The position numbers were made by a program, and so were the translations under genes. Under the pieces are notes generated by a model, which ran no database searches, was not told where the DNA came from, and worked only from the letters and a program-made list of their open reading frames with translations. Below are positions 1 through 13,500 of a stretch of 64,000 nucleotides of DNA, piece by piece. Source of the DNA: Alloascoidea hylecoeti. Its lineage: Eukaryota. The first letter of the stretch is position 1; each line of letters opens with the position of its first letter. Location of the stretch: contig BCKZ01000006.1 of the NCBI GenBank assembly GCA_001600815.1, forward strand, positions 62,001-126,000, given 5' to 3'.

Positions 1-2
1 CA

Positions 3-1166
3 AATTTAAAAAAAAATTTAAAAAGAGGTGATTGTATTGTTGCATTTTCAAGAAAAAATATTTTTCAATTAAAAAAAAAAGTTGAAGAACAAACTGATTT
101 TAGAGTTGCTGTTATTTATGGGTCATTACCTCCTGAGTCAAGAGCAAGACAAGCACAAGACTTTAATAATGGTAATTATGATGTTTTAATTGCATCAGAT
201 GCCATTGGTATGGGATTAAACTTAGGAATTAAAAGAGTTATATTTCATTCAACTATAAAGTTTGATGGTACTGAATTGGTTAAAGTTCCTATACCACAAG
301 TTAAACAAATTGCTGGAAGAGCTGGTAGATATAAAATATCATCAAATCCTAATGCAACGGTTGATATTTCAATTTCTGGTGAAGAAGAAGAAGTTAAACA
401 CGAACAAGATCCAGCAGTGGGATACGTTACAGCAATAGATTCGAATTCACTTAGATATGTAAGATTAGCAATGTCAACACCAACAATAAATTTAACAAAA
501 GCAAGTATTTTTCCAAGTGATGATATGTTATTATCAATTGCTTTAGAATATAATGATACTTCATTAATTGAAGTTTTCAATACAATTAGTGAAGAAATTG
601 AGGAATCTAAATTATATTCAATTGCAGATTTAAAACCTCGATTTAGAATTGCAAATGTTTTAAATCAAGTTTATGGATTAACATTTTCAGATCAAGTTAA
701 ATTATCAATGGCACCGGTTAATCTTAATGAAACAATTTTAATATCAGCATTTATACAATTTTCAAGAGCGATTGCCAATCTAACCAGTAAATCAATTTCA
801 GATTTTGGAGATATTATTGATTTAAAGATTTTAAATCTTCCAAGACCTTATAATAGCGCACAATTAAGTTCATTTGAAATATTGGATAAAGTTCTAAATT
901 TATTTTTATGGTTATCAAATAGATTTCCAAATATAATGGTTGATAGACTTTCAGCAAGACAATTAAAGAATTTATGTGAATTAAGGATTGATCAAACATT
1001 GGAAGATATGGGACCAGCATTTAGAGATTTAAGATTGAATAAAAATGACGCATTTGCCAATAGTTTGGAACAATTTATGGATTTTGATATTGATACAGAT
1101 CTAGATATTGAAAAAGGAGAATCAGAATCAAACTCAAATCCTTCTACTGTCCAGTTAGGAGCTTAG
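3..1166 (+). CDS. SUV3: Mitochondrial ATP-dependent RNA helicase Suv3, C-terminal part (5' end outside window)
   Basis: Frame is open from base 3: GDCIVAFSRKNIF, VAVIYGSLPPESR, LIASDAIGMGLNLGIKRVIF and QVKQIAGRAGRY are Suv3 helicase motifs; stop TAG at 1164-1166. Confidence 0.95.
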   Translation, partial: NLKKNLKRGDCIVAFSRKNIFQLKKKVEEQTDFRVAVIYGSLPPESRARQAQDFNNGNYDVLIASDAIGMGLNLGIKRVIFHSTIKFDGTELVKVPIPQVKQIAGRAGRYKISSNPNATVDISISGEEEEVKHEQDPAVGYVTAIDSNSLRYVRLAMSTPTINLTKASIFPSDDMLLSIALEYNDTSLIEVFNTISEEIEESKLYSIADLKPRFRIANVLNQVYGLTFSDQVKLSMAPVNLNETILISAFIQFSRAIANLTSKSISDFGDIIDLKILNLPRPYNSAQLSSFEILDKVLNLFLWLSNRFPNIMVDRLSARQLKNLCELRIDQTLEDMGPAFRDLRLNKNDAFANSLEQFMDFDIDTDLDIEKGESESNSNPSTVQLGA

Positions 1167-1569
1167 AAATAACATATGATCGCATTTTGTATATAAACGA
1201 TTAATAATTAAACCATGTTGTTGCCATTGTATATAATTATAACATTTAAATTTAAATTTAAAATTAAATTTATAATACTTTTATTGGAATTAAATGAGAG
1301 ATTAAATTTTTATGATATTTATAAAAGCATTATATGTATAATATTATATAGGTTTATACATAGATCTATATTACCCTCTTTCCATATTCTAATTAGTAGA
1401 GACCCAAAACTTTTTCTAAAATCATTAGAGAATATTATTAATATTGTACCGATAAATAAAAAGAAAAGATAAAAATAAAATAAAATAAAATAAAATAAAA
1501 GATAAGCAAATTGAGAGTAGAGTAAAGGAAAAGACCATTTATTTCGGTAACTGCAATTAATTGAGTACA

Positions 1570-2289
1570 TTAAAAGTAATAATCAAGGATCTCTTGCTTG
1601 ATGTCTTTCAGAATAAAGTCGATATTAGTTTCTGAATCTATAACCATAGCATCACCATGTTTTTGCTTGTGTTTAAGAAAAGAAGCATGGTACTCGGGGT
1701 CTGTGCGTGGATCATTAGGGTCTATCAATTCCTCATCACTAGGAACTTCCATGATTTGATACTGACTCGCAACCATCGTAGATTTCATATAGTGGGAGGC
1801 TCTCGCATCGGTTCTTCTAACAAGGGTGTCCATACTGGCCCAAAGGAAAGCAAACAATATATTGACTTTAGGGCGTGAGGCATAAATAATATTATTGGTG
1901 GGTTCAGATCTCGTACCCATGGCCTGGGTCTGCAATTGGGAGACGTATAGATCGACATGTTCCCTAATGTATTTCCTATACGACTTTTTCAACATGGAGC
2001 AAGAAACAACAACCATTCTTGGTTTCACATCAGACGCACTGTGCTTTTCGTTTCCGAGCACCTCTTGGGCCGCACATTGAGCGATTTTACCCAACCAGTC
2101 CCATCGGTCTTCGTCTGTCAAAGGAATATCATTTGCCATTTTGTCGATATTCTCTTGGGGATGTAATCTGTCTCCTTCTATGAATAAACAACCCACCTCG
2201 CTTGCTAGTCTAGATCCGATTGTGGTTTTTCCCGTTCCTGCTGGGCCGCCCACAACAACAATTAGAGGTATATTCGTCTCAACGGTCAT
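1570..2289 (-). CDS. Gluconokinase (GntK/IdnK family)
   Basis: P-loop GGPAGTGKTT, FIEGDRLHPQENIDKM, PLTDEDRWDWL, VSCSMLKKSYR and HYMKSTMVASQ are gluconokinase motifs. Confidence 0.93.
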   Translation of the reverse strand: MTVETNIPLIVVVGGPAGTGKTTIGSRLASEVGCLFIEGDRLHPQENIDKMANDIPLTDEDRWDWLGKIAQCAAQEVLGNEKHSASDVKPRMVVVSCSMLKKSYRKYIREHVDLYVSQLQTQAMGTRSEPTNNIIYASRPKVNILFAFLWASMDTLVRRTDARASHYMKSTMVASQYQIMEVPSDEELIDPNDPRTDPEYHASFLKHKQKHGDAMVIDSETNIDFILKDIKQEILDYYF

Positions 2290-2647
2290 CTTGAGATCTG
2301 TAACAACGAAACAACGAAAAAAATGAAAAGACGAAATAGAAGAAATAAAAGAAGGAATAAAAAGATGTTATTTAAAGCTTTTTTGAAAACTTTGTAAAAA
2401 CTTTTCGGAAGATATGCCTAAAAGACGTGGGGAAAATAACATAAAACAGCAATAAAATTAAATCGCCCCGTTCCGGATCTGGAAGTCTAGCCTGCACGTC
2501 TGCTGCATCACTGCACCTCGGTGCCCAGATGTACGGCATACAGTACATCTCAGACCGCCCATCATAAATCATAAGTCCGAGACGTTTATATAAACCGGAT
2601 TCCCACCTTCTTTCTTTGTCTTAGACACACAACCTCTCAACTCCTGA

Positions 2648-3898
<1,251 letters not shown>

Positions 3899-4105
3899 TT
3901 TTGTCATACTTCTATATAATAAATAAATAAATTATAGAAGTTATATATTTAAATATTTAAAAAAATTGCATTTATCACTTATGATCATTTATTTTCATAA
4001 TTTCATAATTTTATATAATTTCATACCATGATCATGTAATTACCCTACCTTGTTACATTTCTTCACTTACACTTTTTCCCTCTCTAAATTTTGATATCAC
4101 CAAAA

Positions 4106-5848
4106 ATGAGTGTTGGTGATTATAATTCAATCGAACCAACAATAGATCCTCGATGGGTTGAATGTAACACAGCACTTGCTTCAGACCCCGACAATTTTGA
4201 ACTATGGGAAAAATTAATTAAAATAGCCGAGGAAATAAATGGTGGTATAAATAAAACATCATCAATATCAGATTTAAAGTTATATAGATTGACGTTTGAT
4301 ACACTATTACTAAAATTCCCATTATTATTTGCATATTGGATTAAATATTCAAAAAAAGAATTTTATATTGGTTTTACTGAAAATTCTGAAAACTTATTTG
4401 AAAAAGGAATTGAATCATGTCCATGTTCAGTTGATTTATGGACTGAATATTGTAAATTTAAAATGATTATTTGTCAAGATGATGAAATTATTAGAAATTT
4501 ATTTAAAAGAGGTTCAAGTTATATTGGTCTACATTATATGTCACATTTATTTTGGGATGTTTATTTATCATTTGAAGAATATAGAAATAATAATAATCAA
4601 AAAGTTTTTAAATTATTAAATCATATTATAACTATACCTTTATATGATTATTCAAAATATTTTCAAAAATTATTTAAATTATTAGAATCTAAAAAAATTA
4701 ATGATTTTTTGACTAAAGATGAAATTGAAATTTATAAAATTGAGATACAAATAGCACGAAAACAACAATTACAATCACAATCACAATCACAATCACAATC
4801 ACAATTACAAAACCAAAAACAAATACAGCCGGATACAAATGACAAGGAAAATGAAAATGAAATTGAAAATTTGGAATTAACTGAAGATGAATTAAATACA
4901 GAAATCCATTCAAAATTAGTAAAAAAATATACTGATATCTATGTAACAACACAAACAGCAGTTTATAAAAGATGGGAATTTGAATCCCAAATTAAGAGAC
5001 CACATTTCCATATAACATATTTATCAGATAACGATTTATCAAATTGGAGAAGATATCTCACATTTGAAGAAATTGAAGGAGATTTTAATCGTACTAGATT
5101 ATTATACGAAAGATGTTTAATAACTTGTGCATTATATGAAGAATTTTGGTTAAGATATAGTAGATGGTTAGTTGGTAAAGGAAAATTAGAAGAAGCTCGT
5201 TCTGTTTATAAAAGAGCTTGCTTTTATGTACCAATTGGAAGACCAACAATTCGAAATCAATATGCTTTATTTGAACAAATGCAAGGAAATTTTTTATTAG
5301 CAAGGGATATTTTTACATCAGTTTTAGAATCATTACCTGGTAATGTTGAAACTTTTATATATTATGCAAATTTAGAAAGAATAATTAGTGGTAATAATGA
5401 AACAGCATTAGCACTTTATGTTCAAGCATTAGAATCTGAATATTATGATTCAATTTCAAAAAATATATTATTACAAGAAATTATTCAATTATATACATCA
5501 TTAAGGCATTCAATTGATGAAGCAAGACAATTTTTAAATGCTTATATTTTAAAATTTTCAAAAAATTATTATTTTTGGAGAATTTTTTTAGAATTAGAAA
5601 TAAATTCAAATACTTTTAATAATAATGAAGAAGATAATCAAGATTTAAGAGTTCGAAATATTTTTATAAAAATTCAACAAAGTGATTTAGAATTTAAATA
5701 TCAAAAAGATTTATCACATATTTATCAAATTTATTTATTAGAGCATTCAACTTCGGAAAATTTGAAAGAATATTTTCAAATTGATATTAAATATAATAGA
5801 TCAACTGTTAAACCTTTACTACCATTACTACCAAGTGTTAATACATAA
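4106..5848 (+). CDS. PRP39: U1 snRNP HAT-repeat protein, Prp39/Prp42 family
   Basis: LLLKFPLLFAYWIKY, SVDLWTEYC, IGLHYMSHLFWDVYLSFE, FESQIKRPHFH, NWRRYLTFEE, LYERCLITCALYEEFWLRY; first ATG at 4106 (track starts at TTG 4091). Confidence 0.88.
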   Translation: MSVGDYNSIEPTIDPRWVECNTALASDPDNFELWEKLIKIAEEINGGINKTSSISDLKLYRLTFDTLLLKFPLLFAYWIKYSKKEFYIGFTENSENLFEKGIESCPCSVDLWTEYCKFKMIICQDDEIIRNLFKRGSSYIGLHYMSHLFWDVYLSFEEYRNNNNQKVFKLLNHIITIPLYDYSKYFQKLFKLLESKKINDFLTKDEIEIYKIEIQIARKQQLQSQSQSQSQSQLQNQKQIQPDTNDKENENEIENLELTEDELNTEIHSKLVKKYTDIYVTTQTAVYKRWEFESQIKRPHFHITYLSDNDLSNWRRYLTFEEIEGDFNRTRLLYERCLITCALYEEFWLRYSRWLVGKGKLEEARSVYKRACFYVPIGRPTIRNQYALFEQMQGNFLLARDIFTSVLESLPGNVETFIYYANLERIISGNNETALALYVQALESEYYDSISKNILLQEIIQLYTSLRHSIDEARQFLNAYILKFSKNYYFWRIFLELEINSNTFNNNEEDNQDLRVRNIFIKIQQSDLEFKYQKDLSHIYQIYLLEHSTSENLKEYFQIDIKYNRSTVKPLLPLLPSVNT

Positions 5849-6746
5849 TACTTTTAATTGTTGCAATGGTATATAAAAATTTTAATAAGATAAAATAAAA
5901 TAAGATATAAAATAGTTTTAAAACATAATACATAATTATAACTATAATTAATATTATCAATTAATAAAAGGAATTATTAGCTATAGGACGACTTGTAATT
6001 ATTTAAATTTATGTAGTTCATAGAGTGATTAGTGCATAATGATAGTAGAAATTTGACCACCTTTGTAATATAATTCATTCCATAATTTATCTGCACACAA
6101 ACATTAAGTAAGGAAGAGGTGATATGATCTGTTGAAAATAAAGATTGATAAAAAAAAAAAAAAAAAAAGGATGAACATGGGTGTTGTTTGTTGTTTAAGA
6201 AAGCAAAATTTGTATTAGAGATCATAAAGCTACACCTACACCTATGGGACTTAAATGTATATGGTCATGAGGCCACTCCTTAAAAGATTAAAGATTGATT
6301 TCCTTTTTTTTGTTAAAACCCAGCGAAAAAAGATTCATAGCTTTTAAAAAGAAAACGTTCGCACGATGATGGTACGGAACTAAAAAAGCATAACAAATTA
6401 CCACATTCGTTAGCCGATTTGCTTCATCGTTTGTCAAAGTTTGGTATGCAAATTGTCCACTATTTAGAGTTGATAATCTGACTTTTCTGTCTGATTGACA
6501 TACTAAACTCAAGACTATTTCTTGTCATTCTTTGTCTCTTGATGGAACAGCTCCGAGGGATCTTTTTGACTTTACCATTGTTTGTGGTTGCGAAGTAGTA
6601 GAAAAGACAATTAATTATTCGTTTTTTAGAGAATAGTGCCAGTAGTTAAAAATTCTGTTTTTACTTTTATAACTTATAAAATACACAACATTCATTCATT
6701 AAATAAATAATAATTTTAATAAGTTTTTATGTGTATGTTATATATA

Positions 6747-9700
6747 TTAACCTATAATAATTTTAACATAATTTCCATTTTGTGTTATCACATAAACATT
6801 TTTAGTCTTTAATTTTGGTTTTGTTGAATATAATTTTTCAGTTTGATCATAATTTATTTCTTCTTGTTGTTTATCTAATTTAATTAATTTATATTCAGTT
6901 TCTTTATCAACAATTTGAAAACTTTGATATTGAGATTGAAAATTTTCATTAGAATCGTTTAATACTGATGATGGTGATGATGTATTATTATTATTATTAA
7001 TATTATTAATATTATTATTTAATATTAATTGTTGTTTAAATATTAAAGTTGCATTTTTACATTGTGATATATCTAATTCTTTTAAATTTGTACAACCATT
7101 TAAAATTGATTCAACACCAATTTTTGTAACACGAATACAACCTTTAATATTTAAAAAATTTAAATTATGACAATTTAAAGAAATTGCATTTAATGAAGAA
7201 TCACTTACAGAAGAACCACAAAATGATAAATTAATTTTTTTTAAATTTAAACAACCAAAAGTTAAATATTCAATTGAAATATCACTTAATGAACAACAAA
7301 ATGATAAATCAATAATTTCTAAATTTTTTGCACTATTTGAAATATAAGCAATTGATTTATCAGTTAAAAATGTACAATCTGATAATATTAATTTTTTTAA
7401 AAATTGAAATGGACGATATGACCAATAATGGAAACCAGCATCAGTTATTGTTGTACATCTTGTTAAATCTAATGATTCTAATCTATCATTTGCATAAAGA
7501 GCTAAATGATACATTGCTTTATCAGTAATATGTTTACAATAACCAAGATTTAATCGTTTTAAATTCCGACATCCAGGTACATTTCTTGGTTCCATAATAT
7601 TATTATAAATACTTGATGATGATCTTGTTGTACTAAAACTTGAATTTGTTGAAAGATTTGAATTTTGATTTTGAAATTGTAATTGTAATTGTAATCTATC
7701 ATGATAATTATTATCATTACCCCAACCAATTAATTTTTCAATAACTTCATCTCTAATTTTTCTACAATTTGTTAAATCAATTTCTTCTAAATAATAACCA
7801 ATATTTGAATTACCAGATAAATCCATTATTGCCATTGAATTAATTTCCCAACAACTTTTCATTTTTAAAATTTTTAATTTACCATAAATACCAATTTCAT
7901 TAATTAAATATGAAAAACCTTCATCAGTTATATTAAAACAATTTGAAATTGTTATAAAATTTGGTCTAATACCAACAAAATTAACAATTTGAATTAAGGA
8001 TTTATTATTTATTGTTGTACTATATTTTGTTAAATTTAAATTTTTACATAAATTTGGATAAGTTGTTAATAATTGTTTCCAATGTTTACAAACTCTTTGT
8101 AATCTCATTAAATCAGGTAATTCTAATTCATTAAAAATTAATATTAATATTGAATCTTTTAATGGACCAATATTATAAACAGATGATCTTCTTCTATTAT
8201 TGTGATTTGCATAAATTTTTTTAGTATAAAATGGATGAATATTTCGATTATTATGAGGATAATAATTATTATTATTATTGTTGTTGTTGTTGTTGTTATT
8301 ATTATTTTGTATAGATAAGGATCTATTAAATGGATAATCATATGCAGTAGGTATTGTTGGTAATACTGGTTCTAATGGTGGTAATTGAATTGGTGATGGA
8401 GAAATTGATCTTAACATTTCTTGATTTTCAAATTGTGAATATGTATTGTTGTTTATATCGGTAAATGTATTTAAATCATTAATTGATGTTTTTCTTCTAA
8501 AATTAAATTGTTGATTAAATTGTTGATTAAATTGTTGATTAAATTGTTGATTAAATTGTTGATTAAAGGGAGTGGGAGTGGGAGTTTGTTGTAAAGATGA
8601 TGAAGACAGAGATGCTGATGCTAATGTTGAAATGGATGGTGGGAAAGTAGACAATATTCCTTCATTAATGACCCCCATTTGTGGTGAAGTTATTATATTA
8701 TGATTATTATTAGTATTTGGAATTTTATTAGATGAAGATGAAGATGAAGAGTTTGCATGAGGATCTAATTGTTCAGAATCAACAGAATTTTGTCTTTTTC
8801 TTTTTTTAAAAGAATAATCGAAACTTTGTTTGAATACAGATGATTGTTTTTCTTGTTCTTGTTCTTGTTCTTGTGCTTGTGCTTGTGCTTGTGATTTTGA
8901 AATTGAAATTGAAATATCATCATCAGTTGATGATGATATTTGATTCTGATTATGAGGAATTGAAGATTCTAAATTGAAATTTTTATCATCAATTTGAATT
9001 GGAGACGATGAACTTGGTGGTTGATGAATTAAACTTGCAACAGATATTTTTTTAATATTATTTTTATCATTATCATATTCAATTTTTGAAAAATTTGAAT
9101 TTTGTTGATTTTGATAATGATGATCAAGATTTCTAATTTTAGCAGTTTTCGAAATTTCTTGTTGAATATTTGGATATTTTTTACATAGCCAATCTAATTT
9201 TTCATTTGTAACGACTAATAAATCAACAATTGAAGAACTTCTAACATTTGCAGTTCTTATACTTGTATGGGATAAAAAAGCAAACTCTCCAAAATACATT
9301 CCAGCGGTAAGTCTTGCTATTACGGGAGTTGAAGATGAACAAGATTGGCGTTTTAAGTTTGAATTAAAAGAAGTTCTTGTTGAAGATGATTGAGATATGG
9401 GATCACCCAGAACTTCAATTGTACCGGAGGCTATGAAAAAGATTTCTTTGCCAACCTCATTTTTCTTAATAATTAGCTGCAATGGATTATATCTTCTTGG
9501 TTCAATTGATAAAGCGATTTCGTGAATGATATTGCCCGGCAAAGAGGCAAACAAAGGCAGTTCGGTCAGAAAGTTTCGAACCGAGACGGTTGCATCGATG
9601 TCATACTGGGCGATTGCAGATGGAGGAGGATCGTCATTGGCGGGAGGAGAGTCGTGTGAAGAGGCCGAAACAACGGACGAGACGGGATTTGTGGACGAGA

Positions 9701-10405
9701 GCACGGAGATGGAAGGCTTTCTGGGGACGATTGTGGAGGAGCCCGTTAAAGAGTTCGAGTACCTGGATAATTTGGTCCCGTCGCCGTAACCTTTTCTGCG
9801 TTTTTTCTCCAAAACCGCCAATCTCTCCTGTGCCTCGTCACGAATGATTTGCCCGATTCCGGGATAGTCCAGCAGGACCTCGTCCATGGCCGAGGCGGTG
9901 AGGGCGCCGACCACACACCTGGAGCGGGAGATGACGTTGGCGGTCCTTGGGCGGCGGAAGAGGATGCCGATTTCCCTAGAGAAGATGGTTAATGCGTGCG
10001 CGCGCGAGGGACAGACGAGCCTCAGTTCAGTTCAGCTTACCCGAAAAACGAGCCTGCGGACAGCTCCGCGTACAGGGCCTCGCCGTCTCTGGAGGCGACC
10101 CCCACGCTGCCCCGTAGGATCCAGTACATGGCCTGCGCGCACTCCCCCTCCGTGACGATGTACTCGTGCGGCCGGAACTGCTGCAAGCGGAGCCTGCTGG
10201 CGATGGCGACCAGGAACGACGTCGGGGCGCTGTTGAACAGGGGGAAGGTGCGGAGCGTCGCCAGAATGTCCGGCGGGGGGCACACAGGGCCGGGTGCGGG
10301 TGCGGGGGAGGGTGCGTCGCTGGGGGAGGGTGCGGGCTCGTGCTCGGGCTCCGGCTCCGGCTCGGGCTCGGGCTCGTGCGCTCGGGCATGGCAACACAGA
10401 GGCAT
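6747..10405 (-). CDS. Protein with two cyclic-nucleotide-binding domains, an F-box and leucine-rich repeats; exons 10405-10041, 9975-6747
   Basis: 65-nt intron 10040-9976 (GTAAGC..GCATTAAC..TAG) joins ORFs 10037..10432 and 6747..9914 to give FFGEIGILFRRPRTANV; second cassette YFGEFAFLSHTSIRTANV; F-box LKDSILILIFNELELPDLMRLQRVCKHWKQL; cysteine-containing LRRs (LNLGYCKHITD, LDLTRCTTITD, LSDCTFLTD). Confidence 0.88.
8505..8564. repeat. 12-bp tandem repeat x5 (AAATTGTTGATT), encodes (NQQF)5 in the F-box protein
   Basis: Five perfect units read directly. Confidence 0.95.
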
Positions 10406-10556
10406 TTGGTTCGTCAGCTCCGACAGCACCAAATGGCAGGCAAATCCTCAGCGAAACTTTATGAAGAAAGGAAAATTTTAGTGGAAAAATAGTAAGAAAA
10501 TAGTAAAAAAATAGAAGAATATTATGCAGAGATTTGCACGATTTAACGGTAACGTT

Positions 10557-13500
10557 TTACCTGCATGCAAGGTACACGTTGAGTCCCGTCGACACACTCC
10601 AAACGCTGAAAAGAACAAGCGCCGCTCTTCGGTCCACCCACCATCCATTCAGAGGAACGTATATCAGCAGAAACACCATCGTCAGAATCAGCGTGATGGC
10701 CGAAATCGACAGGTCTTTGGATATCTCGATATGGAACACCGGCAATCTGCTATGGTGCCCTTTTTTGAAACATTTCTTGGCCAACGTTATAACCCCATTT
10801 AGCCCAATGCCAACTAGTATATTCAGCATCGGCCCCCCAAAACAGGCACTGAGTGCCATTATTGGCAATCCCATCTTGGAAAATGTTATGTTGGAGACTA
10901 AATCCCCTAAGCTATTTCCAAACGCAAACACTGTTAATCCCAATATTGAATCTGATATATTAAATATAATTCCAAATGTTTTCAATATAGAAACAACTTC
11001 ATTTGCAATTAAATAAATCCATGTAATACTTGTTATAAATCCTGTAATGTTTAATATTAATGGTTTAATTCGTTTTTTATTAATAAATAATTGAAATGAA
11101 ACTGTTAAAAACAATAAAATTGAAATAATTAATGATATTAAATAACTTTTTTGAAATATTTCATTATCATAAAATAAAACAAAATTTATTAATATTGGAC
11201 ATATAAATGATTGTAAAAGTAATATCCATTGACTTGACTTTTCATTTTCATTTTCATTTTCATTTTCATTTTCATTTTCATTTTCATTTTCATTATCAAT
11301 ATCAATGTCAATAATTGGATTATCATAAACTGGTATTGAAATAGTTAATAAAAAAATACTTGGTAATTCCCATAATGATAATATTTTATTATACCATTTT
11401 TGTTTTTGAAAATCAATTAATGTTGGAAATAATATTATAAATAAATTAATTGAATTATTTATAAAAAAATATGATTTATTTTTTAAAATATTTTCAATTT
11501 CAATTGTTGTATCTTCTTCTTGTAATTCTTGTTCATTTATTAAATAAATTGATGATAATGGTTGTCTTTTTGATAATAATGGTTCAATTTCATTATCAGA
11601 ATCATTTTCATTTGATGTAAGTGCTGATGCTATATCAAGTCTTGGTAATGATCTTTTACTCAATTTATCAATATTATTCTTTTTAATATAATTTATATTT
11701 GGTTCAATTCTAAATGGTATATTTAATTTTTTAGATGATGATGGTAATGATTCAATGTTATAATTTATTTGAGTTGGTTTCATAACTTCTTCTGGAGTTT
11801 TTAATTTTGGAACTGATAAAAATTTGTTATTTTCATTATCATTATTATTATCATTATCATTATTATTATCATCATCATCATCATTATCATCAAATTTTAC
11901 CTTTAATTTTCTTAATTTTTTCAAAATTGCATTTGTTTTTTGATTAATTCCTGAATCTAAAGAACTTGATCTAGTTTTTCTAAATCCTTTTTTATTTTTA
12001 CCTGTACCAATTGAATCGGATTTATAATTTTTATTACTTAACCAATCATTATCATGATCATGATTAGATATTCTTAAAGGAGGCATTAAATCTAAACTAT
12101 CAGAACTTTGTAATGATGAAATATGATTGTTGTTAATTGACCCATAAAATGGTTGTTTATTGTTTTGAAATTGAAATTGAAATTGATTTGAATTTATATT
12201 TGAATTTATATTTGAATTTATATTTGAATTTGAAACTTGTTTTTTCTTTAATTTCTTTTCTTTTAATGATTTATAAATTGACCATAATTTAATGGTATCA
12301 TACATTGATAATTTAATATCAACATGTCTTTGTCTATGATTATAACTATTATTTCTTCTTAAACTTAAACTTGTATCTGTATTTGTATTCGATGTATTTT
12401 CAAGATTTGGAAATGCACTTAATGGTTGATGAGGAATTTTTAATAATGGTACAATCTTTTTAAAAGTAACTCTTTCTCTTTCTAATTCTTCACTATGTAA
12501 TGATAATAAACTTAAAACACTTTGATTTTTATTATGTTTATTAGTTTGTAAATGAAAATTTGACATTGGTGATTTTGGTGATTTTAGTATATTGATTGAA
12601 CTATTCATTGGACTGATTAAACTTAAATTTGAAGAAATTGATGATAATAATCCAGAACCTGGTTCTGAAACATTAATACTTTCTGTTGAATAAATTTGTA
12701 GTTGTGTCTCATGATTTGGATCATCAACATGATCTACTTGAACCTGGACTTGTACAATAGGAAGTTCATTTCTATTTCTAATTTCCATTTCATTATTATC
12801 ATTACCAATTTCAATTTCAACTTCATAATCAATTAAATGAGAATTTGAAACAATATAATCAGTCCAAAGTACAATTCCAACATAAAAAAAATAAAGAAAA
12901 ATCATTGAAATACATTCCCATAATTTTAATTTCCCATCCCCAATAAAATATAATGAAAATAGTAATAAAATTAAAAAAAATCCACAATCTCTTAAAAATT
13001 CTAATCTTGGTACTTTAAAAGGTCTAATTATTGCCATACTACCAACAACTATTGTTGTTATAAATGAAGCTGCTCCTAATAATTCACCAATTGCTAATGA
13101 ACCACTACCATTTTCAAATGATATATAAGTACTGAAAATATCAGAAGATGCATTACCAAATGCTAAGATTGTAAGTCCTGCCAAACTTTCTGAAATTGAA
13201 AATATATTTGATAAACTGTTTAAATTTGGACATAAAAAATCTGAAGCAGCAAGACCAATTGTTGTAAATAATAAAATCATCCATATTGAATAAATTATAA
13301 TGATTAATGGACGATAAGTTGTTGAAGAACAATAATATGGTTTTAAATAATTAATAAAACTAAATTTCTCACAATATTTAGTTACAAACTGACATTGCTG
13401 AAAAATATCTAAAAAATTGATGGAATCTGCTTGACAAGAAGGTTGTTTTGAGGCCGTCAAGGTATGCATATAATGAACAGGTTGATAGCGACGCTTTAAT

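Noticed and set aside
6341..6513. Possible small plus-strand exon (LLKRKRSHDDG..) flanked by AG and GTATGC
   Set aside because: No compatible upstream exon or phase and an early stop downstream; could not build a gene.
9580..10450. GC islands as horizontally acquired DNA
   Set aside because: They are in frame with AT-rich parts of the same native genes, include a normal intron and fade gradually.
9526..11016. Cluster of overlapping ORFs on both strands
   Set aside because: Shadows of the F-box and exchanger genes within the GC island.
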